DNA from: a virus
DNA length: 64,000 bases
Virus record (IMG/VR): IMGVR_UViG_3300025451_000012
Coordinates: 9,671-73,670 of that record
Direction: 5' to 3' (one strand)
The notes beneath the pieces were generated by a model, which was not told the origin of the DNA, made no database searches, and worked only from the letters and a program-made list of their open reading frames with translations. The position numbers were made by a program, and so were the translations under genes. Positions 27,224-36,363 of this stretch are shown piece by piece. Each line of letters begins with the position of its first letter. Within the stretch, counting starts at the first letter, position 1.

Positions 27224-28249
27224 TCAAGCTCCAACTGCCCACATGACCATGTCATAGTGGTCTTCAAAACATTCTTCACTACGCACCTCTGCGATAGGAA
27301 CCCATCGTGCTTTTTCAGCATCGTCACTGCCTTTTACTTTTGGCAACTCACCGTCGGGCAATACGATTTTGAAACAGTGTGTGATAATACGACCACGTGG
27401 TGAGCGATCCACAGCATCAAACACACGATTGTCAACAATACTACCGCGCAGTACAGGACCGGGCACTTTGATTAATGTTTCTTCACGCAATTCACGAATA
27501 GCCGCATCCAATACAGTCTTGTCAGTGTTTGCGTTAACATAACCACCGGGCAATGCCCACAAGCCACGACCTGGTTCAGCACGGCGTTTAATCATTAGTA
27601 CATGCCCTGATTGAATCACGACAGCATCCGCAGTAGAGAAAATAGGAGGGTATTTCAAGCTAGAATATTGTTTTGCGTTCTCAATCAAAAACTCACGCTC
27701 ACGGATAACTTGTTCGTATTCTTTGGACTCTTTGAATTGTTCCAAGAAGTCAAAAGTAGTAGGAGGAACAACGTTACGGATAAAATTCATATTCACATCA
27801 CGCTTGAAATACAAACTGCGAATGTCAGTAGCATCAAGTGGCTCTAGCAATTCAACTTCTTCAAAGCCCCATTGAGGGAACATGTCTAAGTAGAATGAGC
27901 TTGGGTCTTTTCTGTGACCGATGATACCAATTTTGTCACCGGGCTTAGTGTGTTTAGCAACCAATGCCTGTACACGAACTGCCCATGCTTGGTCGTTGTA
28001 AATTGTATCTGGGTTAGGTTCTACACTAACTGTTAGTGTACCACTGAAGCCATTTGTGGCATACTTAATCATTTGCCTACGTTCATCAAAGGTAAACGGA
28101 TTCTTATAAGTGCGGGGCTGATTAGCACTACCGCAGATAAAGATCAAATTGTCAGCTAGTGCAGTTGCACGACCTGCCAATAGTAAGTGAGCAGTGTGAA
28201 ATGGTTGAAAGCGTCCAATGAGGACTAGGGTATCGTACTTTTTTGACAT
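27224..28249 (-). CDS. natV: bifunctional NMN adenylyltransferase / Nudix ADP-ribose pyrophosphatase (NadM-Nudix, NatV-like)
   Basis: N-terminal GRFQPFHTAH (HxGH-type nucleotidyltransferase); C-terminal Nudix box GGYVNANTDKTVLDAAIRELREETLIKV. Confidence 0.85.
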   Translation of the reverse strand: MSKKYDTLVLIGRFQPFHTAHLLLAGRATALADNLIFICGSANQPRTYKNPFTFDERRQMIKYATNGFSGTLTVSVEPNPDTIYNDQAWAVRVQALVAKHTKPGDKIGIIGHRKDPSSFYLDMFPQWGFEEVELLEPLDATDIRSLYFKRDVNMNFIRNVVPPTTFDFLEQFKESKEYEQVIREREFLIENAKQYSSLKYPPIFSTADAVVIQSGHVLMIKRRAEPGRGLWALPGGYVNANTDKTVLDAAIRELREETLIKVPGPVLRGSIVDNRVFDAVDRSPRGRIITHCFKIVLPDGELPKVKGSDDAEKARWVPIAEVRSEECFEDHYDMVMWAVGA

Positions 28250-28313
28250 TGAAAAATCCTTTCAATAATGTCAGCGCGGAGTCTATCTCGTTGCTTGTAT
28301 GTTTATTTATCTT

Positions 28314-28342
28314 ATTATATCAGACTTTACTTTTTCTGTCAA
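28314..28342 (-). promoter_or_regulatory. early promoter (- strand) upstream of natV
   Basis: ATTATA-17-TGTCAA. Confidence 0.6.
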
Positions 28343-28574
28343 ACTTTAATCGCCAGAAAAGTCTCCAAACTCTTGACTGCTTTGTCCGATGCAGGCTTTT
28401 GGTCCCTGTCAAAAACTTGTTGCCGCACAACATACCGAAAGGTTTAGCTTTTGGCTGACCCTTCAGTAGTTTTTCGGCTATACGTTCGTATGTAGTCATT
28501 CTATAGTGCATATTCTCAACCCAATCTTGCTTTGATTTCCATGTAAAAAGTATGATACTTTGCCATCCTAGCAA
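28320..28574 (-). CDS. possible small basic protein (uncertain; overlaps promoter and 3' end of HD gene)
   Basis: ORF track only. Confidence 0.25.
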   Translation of the reverse strand: MLGWQSIILFTWKSKQDWVENMHYRMTTYERIAEKLLKGQPKAKPFGMLCGNKFLTGTKSLHRTKQSRVWRLFWRLKFDRKSKV

Positions 28575-28959
28575 TGTCTTTTTCAGTCACACCTTTCAAT
28601 CGACGGATATCAGTGTTGTGACGTAAATCAGCCATCTTGACACGCATTGCATCTACGTTCGCAAAGACACCTTCTTTGTATTCCTCAAGAGTTTGACCGG
28701 GTTGCTTGGTCAGTCTCCAGATACCATCAATAACTCTTTCACTGATACCAGCATCACGAAGGTCCTTGTAAGTCACCGAAGTGTCTTCAATTACATCATG
28801 ACCAAGAGCCATGCACATCAGTTCCTCGTCATCACTTTTCAGGTAATGCATAACTTTCAGAGGGTGCAGAATGTAAGGAGCTCCGCCTTTGTCAAATTGA
28901 CCGTCATGTGCGTTTGTAACAATGACAAGCATTGTAGCTAACATGTGACCTTTTTTCAT
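28516..28959 (-). CDS. RelA/SpoT-type HD-domain small alarmone hydrolase ((p)ppGpp pyrophosphohydrolase-like)
   Basis: AHDGQFDKGGAPYILHP, ALGHDVIEDT, KMADLRHNTDIRRL, AKYHTFYMEIKARLG track RelA/SpoT HD hydrolase signatures. Confidence 0.8.
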   Translation of the reverse strand: MKKGHMLATMLVIVTNAHDGQFDKGGAPYILHPLKVMHYLKSDDEELMCMALGHDVIEDTSVTYKDLRDAGISERVIDGIWRLTKQPGQTLEEYKEGVFANVDAMRVKMADLRHNTDIRRLKGVTEKDIARMAKYHTFYMEIKARLG

Positions 28960-28989
28960 AATTTGTGCCCTTTCTCTTACTGTACTTAC

Positions 28990-29018
28990 AGTATATCATA
29001 CCATCCATTTACTGTCAA
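28990..29018 (-). promoter_or_regulatory. early promoter (TTGACA-17-TATACT, - strand)
   Basis: sequence. Confidence 0.55.
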
Positions 29019-29029
29019 CCTTTTAACCC

Positions 29030-29060
29030 GAAAAAAAGAGTACCGAAGTACTCTTTTTCT
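29030..29060. terminator. intrinsic terminator AGAGTAC-CGAA-GTACTCT flanked by A7 and T5 (bidirectional); terminates rIIB transcript
   Basis: identical hairpin to 23117..23134. Confidence 0.7.
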
Positions 29061-29062
29061 AC

Positions 29063-30103
29063 TTAACCCATTTCATTAGGGAAGGGCCAAGGACCATCTG
29101 CTGCGTTTGATACTGGGGCAGTCTTTGCGACGGTCACGTATTGATACCGAGGGGCGACTCCCCATTCAAAATCGTCCGTACCTTTACTAAAGCCTTCTTC
29201 GTAGTCCCTGTTGTAACGAACACCAGGGTTGTGCTCATTGAATTCTTCGTAGCCATCAGTGTAACCACGATAGAATTCACTAGAGCCAGTCTTAGGAGCA
29301 GTTACTACTGGCTTATGAATGTTGTTACTTGCGTTACTTTGCACCGGCTTAGAAAATGCAGTATCAACTTCATCACCATCATTACCGATTTCACCGATAA
29401 CTTCGTACTTGCATGTACGACCCTTAGCGTTGTTATAGTCGCTAGGGATAGAGACCACATCAGCAGGATTGATTTTCAAAATCATAACACGGCTGTCAGA
29501 ACCATTACCAAAGTGTGGCAGATATTCCTGTGAGCAGAAGTGCAAACCAGTACTACAAGTTTGATCCTTGTTGTCGTCAACTTCGTTGCGTTCCATTTCA
29601 CAGATGTAACCAACACTGTTGTTAAAGGTACCACTGTGAATGTCCATGTAATCGCTGCGAACTTTCTTGTAAGCCAAGAAGCAACCATCAGGAGTGATTG
29701 GCAAACTGTTCTTTTCCAAGAAGCCATACAACTCAGTGACAGCCCGCTTAGATGGGTTAGCCATCAAGTTTTCCATGAACGCCACGAGAGGTTCAACTGG
29801 GAAGCCATCTTGCAACATTGCAATCATTCGGCTAGTCAATGCATTGTGCATTGGTTTGCCTTTCCAGAACAATTCCTCACCCTGGACACTTACGTTACCA
29901 GCACCAAAATTCAACACAACCTTGATAGGCTCGATGATATTCTTAACCAAGTCCCAATCACTTGCCTTGATAGCATCCAACACCTTTTGATAGGTGATGT
30001 GTGATTTACTAATTGTGTGTGGCTTGTTGCCAATCACTACGGTAATGTTATTACCTTGAACGATATACGGAAAACTCATTTTAGACTCCTTTAGCCTGGT
30101 CAA
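29063..30103 (-). CDS. rIIB: rIIB protector-from-prophage-induced-early-lysis protein
   Basis: collinear similarity to T4 rIIB C-terminal half (NPSKRAVTELYGFL; DQTCSTGLHFCSQEYLPHFG; DVVSIPSDYNNAKGRTCKYEV). Confidence 0.9.
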   Translation of the reverse strand: MTRLKESKMSFPYIVQGNNITVVIGNKPHTISKSHITYQKVLDAIKASDWDLVKNIIEPIKVVLNFGAGNVSVQGEELFWKGKPMHNALTSRMIAMLQDGFPVEPLVAFMENLMANPSKRAVTELYGFLEKNSLPITPDGCFLAYKKVRSDYMDIHSGTFNNSVGYICEMERNEVDDNKDQTCSTGLHFCSQEYLPHFGNGSDSRVMILKINPADVVSIPSDYNNAKGRTCKYEVIGEIGNDGDEVDTAFSKPVQSNASNNIHKPVVTAPKTGSSEFYRGYTDGYEEFNEHNPGVRYNRDYEEGFSKGTDDFEWGVAPRYQYVTVAKTAPVSNAADGPWPFPNEMG

Positions 30104-32237
30104 TCAAATTAATATACTCTGCCAAATCAGCACCTTCGATGCTGTACTTGCTAAGACTTTTAATTAGCGGGTAACGCTTTTTAATAGTCTCAACCTCTTT
30201 TCTGTACTTATCAATCAGTGTAGTTGGGTCAACATTTGTTGACGTAGCTACCTTGTACTGACGGCACAACCATTCCAAACTCTGACGCAAACTAGTGTCA
30301 GCTTCTTTCACATCCTTGAACGTGTTGAACAACACTAGATAAGGGCTTGTTGCACTTTTCACAAGCATAGTAGCATTATACTGGAAAAGTTCTTTGTAGT
30401 CAATACTCTGTTTGACCAAACCCATCACATCAGCTTGTCCCAACAGAGCCAGTTTACCCTTAATGTGTTCGTCAAGGTTAACCCAGTTCTTTTGAGTTTT
30501 GATGTTTTCAATATCAGTCTTACGCACACCGTAAATGTCTTGAGTGTAGATACCACTCTTGCGCAGATGAACGTCCAAACTCTTAACATCCTCAACAACG
30601 CCGAGGTTCTTGTAACCACTCAAGGGCAAGTAGTAGTAAGTTTTAGTAGCATCAAAGTTAGAGGCCTTACCACCGTCATGCCATACCATCGGGGCACGTT
30701 CATTGTACCTGCGTCGGCTACCTTCTTCCAAGCGCATGATAGTAACGTTCTGGCCAATACCACTTGCACGTTCCTTCTCAAGCAAAGAACTTGCTACCAC
30801 AATCTTATCTTCCGGAGGACTAGACAATGCAGCAAAGAATGCCTTTGTGTTCACTGGCTTAGTCTTATCAACCACATCAATCACATATACCGAAGTGTTA
30901 TGATTATCACTCTTAGAATTTTTCCAGTGAAATTTAGCTCGTTCAGTAGCACCGACCTTTGTATCGTTGATAACAAAACAAACACTGCTATTTACTGAAA
31001 TTTCCCATTCATCAAAGTAAACAGTAGTACCGTTAACATTGTTGTATCCATGAACTGGCTTGATCGTAGAGCAAGCATTGTAACCACGACTCCGACTGAA
31101 AGCACGAATAGTAATATTGTACTTGGATGCCAACTCTTTCACTGGAAATTTGAATTTCTTCATAGCATTCCAACGATTGAGGTTCGGGGTATACAACTCA
31201 AACTTGGTGTCAGTGATATACTTGACAACAGCCTGATTGAACAATTTTTCCTCATGACGCTTTTCCAAATAGAAAGCACGTTCCCACAAGTTGGTAATCT
31301 TGTCAGCCTCAGTAGCAATGTGAATTGCCAATTGTGCGTTCAACAGTTCCAACTTATTTTTGATAGCGTTGATAGTTTGTGGAATGTAGCTCAAGCCCTC
31401 ACGACTTGCTTGGAAGTCAAGTTCGCCGATAGCAAACTCCATCACTAGTCCACAACTCAACAAACCTTGCAGACCACCGAGAGCCTTATCAGCACTAGGA
31501 ATGTCAGTCAACGGATACTTGATGTTACCCATGATAGCATAGCTATATTGTCCGCCATCAGTATAGTGAACACCAGGGATGATGTTTTCTTCCTTGTACG
31601 CAGGGTCTCGGAACTTGAATTCAGAGTAACCACTAACTACTGGACGCAGTTTGAAGTACTCGTAAACATAGCGGGCCTCAGTACGAAACTTGTCAAAATC
31701 GGAACGATCTTCCACAGCAAACTTAACCTCAACACCAGCTGGGTCAGTAGTTTGTTCTTCCATCATTTTAGCGATAGACGGGACACCTGCTTCATTGATA
31801 AAGGCTGTGTAAACACCCTTAACGCCATCTTTAACCGCAGTGACTGTAAAGTTGTCGGTGTAACTGAAGGGAGATTTTGAACCGAGACCCAATGCTCCGA
31901 TGAATTCGTTAGAATCAGTCTTTGTGGACTCAAAATAAGTGGTGTAGATGTTAGTGACTTGATCACCTGAAAGACCTGTACCATAGTCACGGATACTGAA
32001 CCAAGGTTCAAGACTGTTGGGCAAGTGAACGTCAAAGGGCGTGTCTTGTTTACCGGCTGCGGTATGCGAGTCAACCGCGTTGCAAGAAAGTTCACGCACG
32101 ATTGCACGAATCTTGTTTGCGTACAAACCTGATGAAAGAATGTTAAAAGCCTTCGCACTATTGCGAATGCGGAACTCACCAATCTGTCCTACGTTGGACA
32201 TGATTGCTTCGTTTTGCGGTGCTGCATTGATAATCAT
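30081..32237 (-). CDS. rIIA: rIIA protein
   Basis: 718 aa; N-terminus SAKAFNILSSGLYANKIRAIVRELSCNAVDSH matches T4 rIIA ([30 protein letters not shown]); GALGLGSKSPFSYTDNFTVT conserved. Confidence 0.9.
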   Translation of the reverse strand: MIINAAPQNEAIMSNVGQIGEFRIRNSAKAFNILSSGLYANKIRAIVRELSCNAVDSHTAAGKQDTPFDVHLPNSLEPWFSIRDYGTGLSGDQVTNIYTTYFESTKTDSNEFIGALGLGSKSPFSYTDNFTVTAVKDGVKGVYTAFINEAGVPSIAKMMEEQTTDPAGVEVKFAVEDRSDFDKFRTEARYVYEYFKLRPVVSGYSEFKFRDPAYKEENIIPGVHYTDGGQYSYAIMGNIKYPLTDIPSADKALGGLQGLLSCGLVMEFAIGELDFQASREGLSYIPQTINAIKNKLELLNAQLAIHIATEADKITNLWERAFYLEKRHEEKLFNQAVVKYITDTKFELYTPNLNRWNAMKKFKFPVKELASKYNITIRAFSRSRGYNACSTIKPVHGYNNVNGTTVYFDEWEISVNSSVCFVINDTKVGATERAKFHWKNSKSDNHNTSVYVIDVVDKTKPVNTKAFFAALSSPPEDKIVVASSLLEKERASGIGQNVTIMRLEEGSRRRYNERAPMVWHDGGKASNFDATKTYYYLPLSGYKNLGVVEDVKSLDVHLRKSGIYTQDIYGVRKTDIENIKTQKNWVNLDEHIKGKLALLGQADVMGLVKQSIDYKELFQYNATMLVKSATSPYLVLFNTFKDVKEADTSLRQSLEWLCRQYKVATSTNVDPTTLIDKYRKEVETIKKRYPLIKSLSKYSIEGADLAEYINLIDQAKGV

Positions 32238-32270
32238 TTATGTTTCCTGTTCTCTACTGTTTAAGATTCT

Positions 32271-32299
32271 ATTATATCACCGAAACCATTTAATGTCAA
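32271..32299 (-). promoter_or_regulatory. early promoter (- strand), consensus copy upstream of rIIA
   Basis: ATTATA-17-TGTCAA + conserved leader. Confidence 0.7.
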
Positions 32300-33445
32300 T
32301 TATTGGTAAGAAGCACTAGAATTGTAGGGCCCGATTCCAATTACGTTTCCCCGAGATTTAGGAATCAACCACGGAACCCAATTAACAGATTGGTCATCAA
32401 CTAGCAAAGTTGAAATTCCTGTAGAAAAATTATAAGCCTGTATTGCCATTCCTCGATACCAACCACCTACACTGGAGTTATCACTGGTTCGACTGACGTA
32501 CAACATAGCCACACTGTTAGTAGTAATGATAGTGAAGTCGTTGACTACACCGTGCCCGGGAAGCGGTGGGATTACAGTTGTAGTGTTACCAAAAATGCCA
32601 TTTCCATCACCGTACCACACCTTAGTAGGACTTGATGTCGCTCCATTCTGATCCCAGTCATTACCGCTTGCAATGATATCAATAACTCCGTCATTATTTA
32701 AATCGACTAACTCAACATTGAAGTAGCCCGTAGTTGTATTATCATTGATTCCGGTTGGTTGCTTGACGAAGGTACCATTACGTTGGTTTATAAAAATAGC
32801 TAATGTGCCGCCAGCAGCACGAACTAAATCGGGATACACATCACCGTTTATATCCGCAGCCGATACACCGTGATTGAATTCTGCGTCTAGTACATCGCTT
32901 AGTACGTAGTTACCTCGTCCATTGCTGAGTAAGAGTTTACTTTTTTCTCCGGGGAAAGGAACATCGTCATAGCCATGACATGCAACTAGTACATCCGGGA
33001 TATCATCTTTGTTAAAATCTGCAACAATCGCTTTGCGTGGATGCAAACACCCCTTGACGCTTGACACCTTAGTAAGTGTTTTATCCGAATTTATAGTCCA
33101 AAAAGTGAAGTCACTTAGGTATTTCACATCACTGGTTACAGTTGAAAAGCTATCGTGCTGCGTTGTATAATTTTGATTAGCAGTGAATACCCCAAGTTCA
33201 CCTTGCTTGTTGAACTCACCAAACCCATATGCTACAGGAACCCAACCAGACAATCCGTAATTGCTTGTAGGGAATGTAATCGTATCTATAGGATAAGATT
33301 TAAAATTCTTGTATGAGGTATCATAGAGCGATCCAGCTATGGCAGGCGCTGTTACAGTCACCGGTACGACTGGATTGGTACCTCCGCCTCCCCCGCATGC
33401 GGACAATAGAAGTGAAATTAGGATGACTGGTAAAGTATGTTTCAT
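32300..33445 (-). CDS. lipoprotein with FG-GAP (integrin-alpha-like beta-propeller) repeats
   Basis: lipobox LLSAC + G-rich linker; repeated DxNxDGxxD-like motifs (ADFNKDDIPDVLVA, ADINGDVYPDLV, VDLNNDGVIDIIA). Confidence 0.6.
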   Translation of the reverse strand: MKHTLPVILISLLLSACGGGGGTNPVVPVTVTAPAIAGSLYDTSYKNFKSYPIDTITFPTSNYGLSGWVPVAYGFGEFNKQGELGVFTANQNYTTQHDSFSTVTSDVKYLSDFTFWTINSDKTLTKVSSVKGCLHPRKAIVADFNKDDIPDVLVACHGYDDVPFPGEKSKLLLSNGRGNYVLSDVLDAEFNHGVSAADINGDVYPDLVRAAGGTLAIFINQRNGTFVKQPTGINDNTTTGYFNVELVDLNNDGVIDIIASGNDWDQNGATSSPTKVWYGDGNGIFGNTTTVIPPLPGHGVVNDFTIITTNSVAMLYVSRTSDNSSVGGWYRGMAIQAYNFSTGISTLLVDDQSVNWVPWLIPKSRGNVIGIGPYNSSASYQ

Positions 33446-33451
33446 ACAGCT

Positions 33452-33480
33452 ATTATATCACCAAACCTAGTTAAAGTCAA
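33452..33480 (-). promoter_or_regulatory. early promoter (TTGACT-17-TATAAT, - strand)
   Basis: sequence. Confidence 0.55.
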
Positions 33481-33505
33481 CCTCAGAATTTTTGTTCTCA
33501 TAGAA

Positions 33506-33546
33506 GCAAAAAGCCCCAAAAATGGCACTTTTCAGGGCTGTTTGTT
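33506..33546. terminator. intrinsic terminator (AGCCCCAAAA...TTTTCAGGGCT imperfect long hairpin with flanking A/T runs) downstream of clpP
   Basis: sequence. Confidence 0.5.
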
Positions 33547-33559
33547 CTTATGAGAGCAA

Positions 33560-34150
33560 TTAAATTCGTTTAGTCAGAATGCTATCAATGAGTCCGTAAT
33601 CTAGTGCAGCTTTTGCACTCATGAAATTGTCACGTTCCATGTCAGCACTGAACTGGTCGAATGTTTTACCGGTACTGTTGTGGTCAACATAGATTTGGGT
33701 CAGCACTTTCTTCATAGCCAAAATCTCAGTAACCTGAATCAGCATGTCAGTTGCTTGACCGCGACTACCGCCCGATGGTTGATGGATCATGTGACGTGCG
33801 TTTGGCAACATCATGCGCTTACCTTTAGCACCTGATGTTGCAAGCAAGCTGCCCATTGAACAGGCTTGACCCATAACGATTGTTTGTACATCGGGCTTGA
33901 TAAACTGCATTGCATCATAGATAGCCATACCCGCAGTCACTGATCCACCCGGACTATTAATGTACATTGAAATGTCTTTGCCACTGTCTTCACTTTCCAA
34001 GAACAATAGCTGGGCAACAATCAGATTTGCCATTTGATCATGCACTTCGCCTTCGAGCAAAATGACTCGGTCACGCAACAAACGACTATAAATGTCATAA
34101 CTGCGCTCACCCTTGCTGGTTGTTTCGATTACGATTGGAACTAAACTCAT
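33560..34150 (-). CDS. clpP: ATP-dependent Clp protease proteolytic subunit
   Basis: catalytic Ser motif [10 protein letters not shown], His in MIHQPSGG; overall ClpP collinearity. Confidence 0.9.
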   Translation of the reverse strand: MSLVPIVIETTSKGERSYDIYSRLLRDRVILLEGEVHDQMANLIVAQLLFLESEDSGKDISMYINSPGGSVTAGMAIYDAMQFIKPDVQTIVMGQACSMGSLLATSGAKGKRMMLPNARHMIHQPSGGSRGQATDMLIQVTEILAMKKVLTQIYVDHNSTGKTFDQFSADMERDNFMSAKAALDYGLIDSILTKRI

Positions 34151-34236
34151 TTTTTTTGCCTTTGTTAAAAATAATTTGCGATAAATACAATATGTGTGAT
34201 AGAATCATCACTTCACTAACTTTATAGAGATTATAC

Positions 34237-35454
34237 ATGAGACATTACGAATTTGCAACAACTCTGGTAGAAGCCGTTGACCCATTAGCAGCTCCAGTTG
34301 TAGCTCCTCAACCGACGACTACACCCGTAGTGAAAGCTAAGCCAGTAGCAAAAACGGTGACCAAGCCAGAAGCTAAGCCAGTTGTCAAAGCACTAGTTAA
34401 GCCTACTAAGGGCGTAGACCCAACTGAGATTAAGGCTGTGACTAAACCCGAAGTAGAAGCAGTTCTACGAGCAGGTGGATACGAGGATTTCAAGATTAAC
34501 GGTAACAAAATCAATGTTATCGTACAGATTCCAGATGGTGCTAAGAAGAATGAGTACCGAGTTGCGATTATGAAAGAAGTTATCGCATTGCTCAAGGCTG
34601 AATTTGACGAGGCAGTGCAATATGTTAACGATCCTGGATTGAGTAGTCTAGGTGGCGCAGTATTTGACAACAGCCCTGTATGCGTAGTTATCAAGGATGC
34701 GGGTAAGCAAGCTGAAAAATCAGCCGGAATGAGCAATGAGCTTGAACTAGCTAGTACGATCCAGTCAGTAATTGAGAAATATGGCATGGCTAATGTCACT
34801 TTCAAAGACAAACGTGGCAAGAAAATGACTATCAAGAACGCAACCGAAGCAGAAATGACCGGTAAAGAAACATCTGGCGGTAGAAAAGCAGATATTGTGT
34901 TGCGTAGTGCAAGAGGTGTTCTTCCAATCAGCATTAAAGAACTTAGCGCAGACTTTTGGGAGAGTTCAGACACAGCTTTCGGGGCCAGAGCTAAGGAAAT
35001 CCTTCAAAAACTGCAAGACGAAGGTATTGTCAAACTAACTCAAATTGCAGAACGTACTAACAAGCGTACAGGTGAGAAAACCCCAGTTTGGAAGCTAAAC
35101 AAAGAAATTGTCATGGAACCTACTACACAAGAAGCTATGAATGCTATCTTTGGTAGTGACTTGAATCCAAGAGGTGGAATTGTTATCCAAGACTTCGGTC
35201 CTGAACACTTTACACAAAAAGGAAACAACATTGAAGTTGCTTGTCATGCAGTTATTACTAACAAGGATGAGATTCCAGAGAGTCATTTGATGGTTTGGCA
35301 GATCAGAAATGATAGCACACGTATGAATCCTCTTCCAGGATTGCGTACTCTTGCTGCTACACTAACACGCGGTATCGGTAAGAAGGGTACTAAGGATGTT
35401 ATTCTAGTGGATCAATATGGTAACGTAGTGAAGAATCCAAACATCACGTCTTAA
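34237..35454 (+). CDS. hypothetical protein with N-terminal Pro/Lys/Ala/Val-rich (KPxxK) low-complexity tail and globular C-terminal domain
   Basis: ORF track; PVVKAKPVAKTVTKPEAKPVVKALVKPTKG repeats. Confidence 0.55.
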   Translation: MRHYEFATTLVEAVDPLAAPVVAPQPTTTPVVKAKPVAKTVTKPEAKPVVKALVKPTKGVDPTEIKAVTKPEVEAVLRAGGYEDFKINGNKINVIVQIPDGAKKNEYRVAIMKEVIALLKAEFDEAVQYVNDPGLSSLGGAVFDNSPVCVVIKDAGKQAEKSAGMSNELELASTIQSVIEKYGMANVTFKDKRGKKMTIKNATEAEMTGKETSGGRKADIVLRSARGVLPISIKELSADFWESSDTAFGARAKEILQKLQDEGIVKLTQIAERTNKRTGEKTPVWKLNKEIVMEPTTQEAMNAIFGSDLNPRGGIVIQDFGPEHFTQKGNNIEVACHAVITNKDEIPESHLMVWQIRNDSTRMNPLPGLRTLAATLTRGIGKKGTKDVILVDQYGNVVKNPNITS

Positions 35455-35953
35455 ATAAGTCCTGATATTTAAACCACTTGCGCATTCTATGCGCAGTCTT
35501 TAGGGGAATGTTATGTTCCCCTAACCTATTTCTGAACGTAAAGAAGCTAGGGCCGTGACTCATTAACCAGTCTTTGCCCTGTCTTGCTCTTGCAGGCCCG
35601 TTTATATCCCATTGATGCTGATGAGCCATTTCGTGAGCTAGAATAGTCACAAACCACTGTCTACAGTGCCATTTATCCATCAACTCTATCTCACAATAGC
35701 TACCAGTCTTGTGCTGTTCTATGGATCCTATACACATTCCCCAGTATTTTTGTCTTCTAGCAGCTATATCAAGTGTTGGCATTAGTAATTCGCCGGCAAA
35801 AACCTGCTTATTAAGCAGGTTATATGTATACTTGGCTTCAGCTAGTGTAGGACGAAACATTAGTCTCCTTTGATATGTTATCGGCGGCAAAGGAGTATCC
35901 ATCAGTTCTTTGAGAGTTAGACTTTCGTAGTACATACAACTATTTAGTACCAA
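35444..35953 (-). CDS. SprT-like / zincin metallopeptidase (HExxH)
   Basis: ILAHEMAHQHQW zinc-binding motif. Confidence 0.5.
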   Translation of the reverse strand: MVLNSCMYYESLTLKELMDTPLPPITYQRRLMFRPTLAEAKYTYNLLNKQVFAGELLMPTLDIAARRQKYWGMCIGSIEQHKTGSYCEIELMDKWHCRQWFVTILAHEMAHQHQWDINGPARARQGKDWLMSHGPSFFTFRNRLGEHNIPLKTAHRMRKWFKYQDLFKT

Positions 35954-36010
35954 AAGTTTTTTTTCACGGTTCTAATCCTTTTCTAAATAGTAGTAGAAGG
36001 AGATTATAAC

Positions 36011-36301
36011 ATGTTCAAATCTATCAAAAAATTCTTTGGTTTCGGCGCTTCTGCTGCACCCGAAGTAGCAGTTCAGGAAGTAGTACCGTATAAGGTTGAA
36101 GTTGAGGCAGCACCCGTTGTCGTTGAAGCAGCTATTTCACCGGTGGCGCCAGTTGCTCCCGTAGTCAAAGCGCCAGCTAAACCTAGAGCACCCGCTAAGA
36201 AGGTTGCCGCTGGGCCAGCAGCTAAACCTAAAGCAGCAGCTAGAACCGTAGCTAAAAAGCCTGCAGCGGGCGCCGCAGCTAAAGCTAAAAGTGCAAAGTA
36301 A
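36011..36301 (+). CDS. histone H1-like / AlgP-like KPAA-repeat DNA-binding protein
   Basis: C-terminal PAKPRAPAKKVAAGPAAKPKAAARTVAKKPAAGAAAKAKSAK. Confidence 0.55.
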   Translation: MFKSIKKFFGFGASAAPEVAVQEVVPYKVEVEAAPVVVEAAISPVAPVAPVVKAPAKPRAPAKKVAAGPAAKPKAAARTVAKKPAAGAAAKAKSAK

Positions 36302-36325
36302 TTTGTTTTACTTGTACTAAAAGAA

Positions 36326-36345
36326 ATAGGACGCTAGCGTCCTAT
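36326..36345 (+). terminator. perfect 20-nt palindrome ATAGGACGCTAGCGTCCTAT downstream of H1-like gene (putative terminator or binding site; no strong U-run)
   Basis: sequence. Confidence 0.35.
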
Positions 36346-36363
36346 TCCCACATAAATACTTAT

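Noticed and set aside
28243-28458. Plus-strand 71-aa ORF between natV and the HD hydrolase gene
   Set aside because: It is the only + strand ORF in a long - strand run, spans the natV early promoter, and has no RBS.
34308-34973. Minus-strand 221-aa ORF antisense to 34237..35454
   Set aside because: It is a low-complexity Ser/Leu/Thr-rich shadow frame of the KP-rich region.
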